Of a stretch of 64,000 bases of DNA, positions 59,580 to 64,000 are shown one piece after another. The stretch's first letter is position 1; every line of letters begins with the position of its first letter. The stretch is taken from positions 14,222 to 78,221 of the forward strand of contig DASZWQ010000066.1 of the NCBI GenBank assembly GCA_035546535.1, written 5' to 3'. The notes under the pieces are model-generated. The model did no database searches. It worked only from the letters and a program-made list of their open reading frames with translations, and had not been told where the DNA came from. A program made the position numbers and the translations under genes. The DNA is from Pirellulales bacterium (GTDB taxonomy: Bacteria > Planctomycetota > Planctomycetia > Pirellulales > JACPPG01).

Positions 59580-60755
59580 ATGACCCGCTTAGCGCTCGCC
59601 GCGGTTCTCGTCTGGGTTGCGATTCTGAGCACGATGTCCGTCGCGGCCGATGTAGCCGCCAAGGACCAACAGAAGTGGACTCAGCAGATCGCCACGATCA
59701 AGGCGGTGGGGAGCGAGGGGGCGGGCACGGCCCAGGCCCAGCAGGCTTGGAAGCAGCTTTCGCAGGCGGATGTGACCGCGATCTGGACGATTCTCTGGGC
59801 TCTCGACGATGCCAACCCGCTGGCCGCCAATTGGCTGCGGGCGTCGGTCGATGCGATCGCCGAACGCCAGTTACGCAATGGCGGCAAGCTGCCGAAAAAC
59901 GATCTGGAAGTCTTCACGCTCGACACGAAGCACTCGCCGCGTGCCCGACGCCTGGCGTTCGATTGGCTGTGCCGCGCCGATACGACGGCGGCCGACCGGC
60001 TAATTCCCTCTATGCTCAACGATCCGGGGCTGGAATTCCGCCGCGATGCCGTGGCCCGCGTGATTGCCGAAGCCGAACAATACGAAACAGAGAAAAATCC
60101 GATCGCGCACGGGGAGTACAAAAAGGCCCTGACCTGGGCACGCGACCTCGACCAGGTGCAGCAGATCGTCAAAAAGCTGGAAGGGTATGGCGATAAGGTC
60201 GATCTGACGCGCCACTTTGGCTATCTCGTTAAGTGGAAGCTCATCGGCCCCTTCGATAACACCGACGAAAAAGGGTTCGACGTTCTCTATCCGCCCGAAG
60301 TCGGCGTCGACTACAAAGCCGAGTACGACGGGAAGTCGGGCAAGGTGAAGTGGATCGATTACACCAGCGAAGATCCGTACGGCAAAGTCGACTTGAACAA
60401 GGCACTCGAGAAGGCCAACGCGACGACGGGCTACGCGGCGGCTGAGTTCATGGCCGAAAAGCCGACGGACGTGGAAATCCGCCTCACCTCGACCAACGCC
60501 AACAAGATCTGGCTCAACGGCGAGCTACTCACGCGAAACAACGTCTATCACGCCGGCGAGCAAATGGACCAGTACATCGGCAAGGGAAAGATGAAGGCCG
60601 GTCGGAACATCATTCTCGTGAAGGTGCTGCAAAACCACCAAAAGGAAAGCTGGGCGCAAGATTGGAATTTCCAGTTGCGTGTGTGCGACGCATCGGGCAC
60701 CGCCATCTTGTCGCAAGACCGCGTGGCCCGGGACCTGCGCAGGAGCGATCGATGA
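59580..60755 (+). CDS. secreted hypothetical protein (helical-repeat N-terminal half, beta-rich C-terminal half)
   Basis: Signal peptide MTRLALAAVLVWVAILSTMSVAA. The stop overlaps the next ATG (ATGA at 60752-60755). Confidence 0.6.
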   Translation: MTRLALAAVLVWVAILSTMSVAADVAAKDQQKWTQQIATIKAVGSEGAGTAQAQQAWKQLSQADVTAIWTILWALDDANPLAANWLRASVDAIAERQLRNGGKLPKNDLEVFTLDTKHSPRARRLAFDWLCRADTTAADRLIPSMLNDPGLEFRRDAVARVIAEAEQYETEKNPIAHGEYKKALTWARDLDQVQQIVKKLEGYGDKVDLTRHFGYLVKWKLIGPFDNTDEKGFDVLYPPEVGVDYKAEYDGKSGKVKWIDYTSEDPYGKVDLNKALEKANATTGYAAAEFMAEKPTDVEIRLTSTNANKIWLNGELLTRNNVYHAGEQMDQYIGKGKMKAGRNIILVKVLQNHQKESWAQDWNFQLRVCDASGTAILSQDRVARDLRRSDR

Positions 60756-61975
60756 TTCGCAACACGATTCAAACAGTACTACCGCTGGTGTGCGTGACGT
60801 TGACCGCGGGGGCCGATTGGCTGCACTTTCGCGGCTCGGACAATCGATCGGTCGCCACGACCGCGGCGCCTGTGGATTTGGCCAAGGACGAAGCGGGCGT
60901 CGAGCGCAACGTCGCCTGGAAGACGGCACTACCGGGGCGCGGCGTTTCCAGCCCGATTCTGGTCGGCGGCAAGCTGATCGTCACCGCCGCCAGCGGCTTC
61001 AACCAGGATCGGCTGCACGTCGTGTGCATCGACGCCGAGACCGGCGCCAAGGATTGGGAGCGGCAGTTCTGGGCCACCGGCCGTACTATGTGTCATCCCA
61101 CCAGTTCGGTCGCGGCCAATACGCCGGCCAGCGATGGCAAGCGCATTTACGCCTTCTTTTCCTCGAACGATCTGGCCTGCCTCGATCTGGCGGGCAATCT
61201 GCTCTGGTACCGCGGGCTGACGCACGATTTTCCCACGGCCGCCAACGACGTTGGCATGTCGGCGTCGCCCATCGTGCTCGGCGATACCGTCGTCGTGCAG
61301 GTCGAGAACAAGGGAGATTCCTTCGCCGCCGGACTGGATGCCGAAACCGGCGCATCGCGCTGGCGCATTCCGCGGCCGGCCGAAATGAATTGGACCTCCC
61401 CCGCCGTGTGGCGCGGAAAGACCCGGGCCGAGGACCTGGTGTTGCTGCAATCTCCCACGCGCTTCACCGCGCACGATCCCCGCAGCGGCGAACAGGTGTG
61501 GAGCTATGAGGTGGCGTGCTCGACGATCCCCTCACCCGTCGCTGAAGGCGATACGATCTACGTCCCCTCGGGCGGGCTCACGGCCCTGCGTTACCAGCCC
61601 GAAGGCAAGGCCGCCGAAGTCGCCTGGACCACCAATGCGCTCGCGCCTGGCAATGCCAGCCCGGTCGTCGATCGGGGCCGGGTTTACACGATCAACGGCG
61701 CGGGCGTTCTGCTCTGCGGCGACGCCACGACCGGCGAAACCAAGTGGAAGCTGCGCTTGAAAGGACAATTCTGGGCCACGCCCGTGATCGCCGGCGACTA
61801 TCTGTATATTTTCAATCAGGAAGGTGCCGCCCAGGTCGTGAAGCTGGGAGATACGTCGGGCGAGATCGTTGCCCGCGGCGATTTTGGCGAACCGATTTTT
61901 GGCTCGCCGATCATTGACGGCGGCGCCATCTACGTGCGCACCGACGGCCATTTGTGGAAGATCGCAGGGCATTAA
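60752..61975 (+). CDS. PQQ-like (BamB-like) beta-propeller repeat protein, secreted
   Basis: GADWLHFRGSDNRS after the signal segment. Paralogous to 40598-41926 (NVAWKT.L.G.G.SSP). Confidence 0.8.
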   Translation: MIRNTIQTVLPLVCVTLTAGADWLHFRGSDNRSVATTAAPVDLAKDEAGVERNVAWKTALPGRGVSSPILVGGKLIVTAASGFNQDRLHVVCIDAETGAKDWERQFWATGRTMCHPTSSVAANTPASDGKRIYAFFSSNDLACLDLAGNLLWYRGLTHDFPTAANDVGMSASPIVLGDTVVVQVENKGDSFAAGLDAETGASRWRIPRPAEMNWTSPAVWRGKTRAEDLVLLQSPTRFTAHDPRSGEQVWSYEVACSTIPSPVAEGDTIYVPSGGLTALRYQPEGKAAEVAWTTNALAPGNASPVVDRGRVYTINGAGVLLCGDATTGETKWKLRLKGQFWATPVIAGDYLYIFNQEGAAQVVKLGDTSGEIVARGDFGEPIFGSPIIDGGAIYVRTDGHLWKIAGH

Positions 61976-61980
61976 GTCAC

Positions 61981-63264
61981 GTGGAACCTTCTCCGCAGAC
62001 GATCGAAGTCCGCCCTGCCGGTCCGCTTGCCGCCACCATCCGTCCGCCCGGCTCGAAGAGCATCACCAATCGCGCGCTCGTTTGCGCCGCGCTCGCCGAG
62101 GGTGAATCGACGCTGACCGGCTGCCTCGACAGCGAAGACACCCGCGTGATGGTTGCGGCGCTCGACAAGCTGGGCATTCGGATCACGGCCGACGCCACGC
62201 GACAAACTCTGCAAGTTCATGGCTGCGGCGGTCGCATCCCCGCGGCGTCCGGCGACCTGTACGTGGCCAATAGCGGCACCACGGTTCGCTTTCTGACGGC
62301 ACTACTGACGCTTGGCCAGGGCACGTTTTGCCTCGACGGCACGCCGCGGATGCGCGAGCGACCGATCGAGGACTTACTAGCAGCGCTCCGTCAACTGGGC
62401 GCGGAAGTTGCGAGCGAGGCCGCGAATGGCTGCCCGCCGGTCGTCCTGCAAGCACACGGCTTGCCGGGCGGTCGGACAAACATTCGCGGCGACATCTCCA
62501 GCCAGTTCTTGAGCGGCCTCTTGATGGCCGCGCCATACGCGACCAAGCCGGTCGAGATCGTCGTCGACGGCACGCTCGTGTCGCAGCCGTACGTCCACAT
62601 GACGCTCGGCGTCATGCATTCGTTCGGCGTTACCGTTGATCCGGGCGACCTGACGCGATTCGTCATTCCCAATGCCAGGCCGTACCGCGGTTTGGATTAT
62701 GCGATCGAGCCTGATGCTTCGGCCGCCAGCTACTTCTGGGCCGCCGCAGCGATCGCCGGCGGGCAGGTCACGGTCGAGGGGCTCACGCGCGCCAGCCTGC
62801 AAGGAGACGTGGCCTTCGTCGATGTCTTGGGGCGGATGGGCTGTCGGGTCAGCGACTCGCCGCGCGGAATCACGGTGCAAGCAGCCGGCGAGCTCCGCGG
62901 GATCGACATCGACATGAACCCGATCAGCGATACCGTGCAAACGCTCGGCGCGGTCGCGCTTTTTGCCGAGGGGCCAACGACGATCTCGGGCGTGGCCCAT
63001 ATCCGGCATAAGGAGACCGACCGCATCGCGGCGCTGGCCACCGAACTGCGCAAGTTCGGCGCGACGGTCGACGAGCGGCCCGATGGATTGCGTATCGACC
63101 CGGCGCCACCGCACGCAGCCACGATCGACACGTACGACGATCATCGCATGGCCATGAGCATGGCGCTCGTGGGTTTGCGCGTTCCCGGCGTCATCATTCG
63201 CGATCCGGGCTGCACGGCGAAGACGTATCCGGGATTCTTCCGCGATCTGGGCCGTTTGAGATAG
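61981..63264 (+). CDS. aroA: 3-phosphoshikimate 1-carboxyvinyltransferase (EPSP synthase)
   Basis: PPGSKSITNRAL and LYVANSGTTVRFL motifs. About 427 aa. GTG 61981 preferred over GTG 61954. Confidence 0.9.
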   Translation: MEPSPQTIEVRPAGPLAATIRPPGSKSITNRALVCAALAEGESTLTGCLDSEDTRVMVAALDKLGIRITADATRQTLQVHGCGGRIPAASGDLYVANSGTTVRFLTALLTLGQGTFCLDGTPRMRERPIEDLLAALRQLGAEVASEAANGCPPVVLQAHGLPGGRTNIRGDISSQFLSGLLMAAPYATKPVEIVVDGTLVSQPYVHMTLGVMHSFGVTVDPGDLTRFVIPNARPYRGLDYAIEPDASAASYFWAAAAIAGGQVTVEGLTRASLQGDVAFVDVLGRMGCRVSDSPRGITVQAAGELRGIDIDMNPISDTVQTLGAVALFAEGPTTISGVAHIRHKETDRIAALATELRKFGATVDERPDGLRIDPAPPHAATIDTYDDHRMAMSMALVGLRVPGVIIRDPGCTAKTYPGFFRDLGRLR

Positions 63265-63408
63265 CTGTAGCGAATAGCGGACGCGATTTGCCGCCGCCCC
63301 TGTCCGTCAGTTGTCCGCTATACTTCGCTATCACTCCCGCGCGCAACCGGTGCAACCGGGCGGGGAGATCTCCGGACACTCCGTAACGACTCTATCCCCA
63401 GCTTGCCA

Positions 63409-64000
63409 ATGATCTGGTACGCCCTGACGATTTTTTGGAGCGCGTTCCTGCTGTTCCTGGTGCAGCCGATCCTGGGCAAGCAGATTCTTCCCTGGTTCGG
63501 CGGCACGCCGGCCGTGTGGACCACCTGCCTGCTGTTCTTTCAGATGTTGCTTTTGGGTGGGTATTTGTACGCCCATGCAATCACGGCGTGGATCGCGCCC
63601 CGGGCCCAAGCCCTGCTGCACATCTCGCTGTTGGGAGCATCGCTGTGGTTTCTGCCGATCGTGGCCGATCCCGCGTATCGCGCGGCGGTCGAATCATCGC
63701 CGACCTGGCAGATCCTGGCACTACTGACCTTTACGATCGGCGCGCCGTATTTCCTGATTTCGGCGACGGGGCCGCTGCTGCAGGCCTGGTTCGCCAAAAC
63801 GCACGTCGGTTCGCCTTATCGACTGTATGCGCTCTCGAACGTCGGCTCGCTGTTGGCGTTGCTCAGCTATCCCTTCGTGGTCGAGCCGCGTCTGAAACTG
63901 GGCGACCAGACGCACTACTGGTCATGGGGCTACGCGGCGTTTGCCGTTTTTTGCGCCCTGTGCGGCTACCAGTTACTGCGCAGCCAACGTCGCCACGCTG
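63409..64000 (+). CDS. polytopic membrane N-terminus of a fused MFS-like/spermidine-synthase-like protein (3' truncated by window)
   Basis: Hand translation from ATG 63409: MIWYALTIFWSAFLLFLVQPILGKQILPWFGGTPAVWTTCLLFFQMLLLGGYLYAH... It is open to the window end and so absent from the ORF track. Confidence 0.65.
   Translation, partial: MIWYALTIFWSAFLLFLVQPILGKQILPWFGGTPAVWTTCLLFFQMLLLGGYLYAHAITAWIAPRAQALLHISLLGASLWFLPIVADPAYRAAVESSPTWQILALLTFTIGAPYFLISATGPLLQAWFAKTHVGSPYRLYALSNVGSLLALLSYPFVVEPRLKLGDQTHYWSWGYAAFAVFCALCGYQLLRSQRRHA

Overview
High-GC bacterial chromosomal segment. The gene content looks like Planctomycetota (Pirellulales-like). This placement is an inference from PVC-type heme-binding/dehydrogenase proteins, PSCyt-like CxxCH motifs, PQQ-like and LRR secreted repeat proteins, PEP-CTERM anchors and the characteristic GC-rich palindromic intergenic repeats. 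About 50 protein-coding genes can be supported. The backbone is housekeeping: trpB-trpA, mutM, the nitrogen-sensing cluster amtB-glnK-glnD, a PduO-type adenosyltransferase, ftsH, groES-groEL, aroA, phoD and a GH57 glucan enzyme. Between these sit many secreted or membrane proteins of unknown function. I found no rRNA, tRNA, CRISPR array, transposase, integrase or recognisable defence system, so this reads as core chromosome rather than an accessory island. The long Arg/Ala-rich ORFs in the track that lie antisense to real genes are high-GC artefacts. The observations most worth a second look are listed here. (1) A single stop-free ORF holds two complete signal-peptide + six-repeat propeller + PEP-CTERM units head to tail. 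(2) A secreted protein carries an FG/RGG-like glycine tract, KGPGGGG and NRNPG repeats and an Asn/Trp-rich block, with perfect tandem DNA duplications. (3) At least four families of structured palindromic intergenic repeats occur, and one shows compensatory stem changes between copies. (4) A 783-nt lower-GC divergent non-coding region has no assigned function. (5) A ~50% GC orphan gene is wedged behind glnD. (6) An SPFH gene has an AT-rich palindromic upstream site and an unannotated 57-aa ribbon-helix-helix gene downstream. None of these is demonstrably a new system from sequence alone, and each needs the checks listed.
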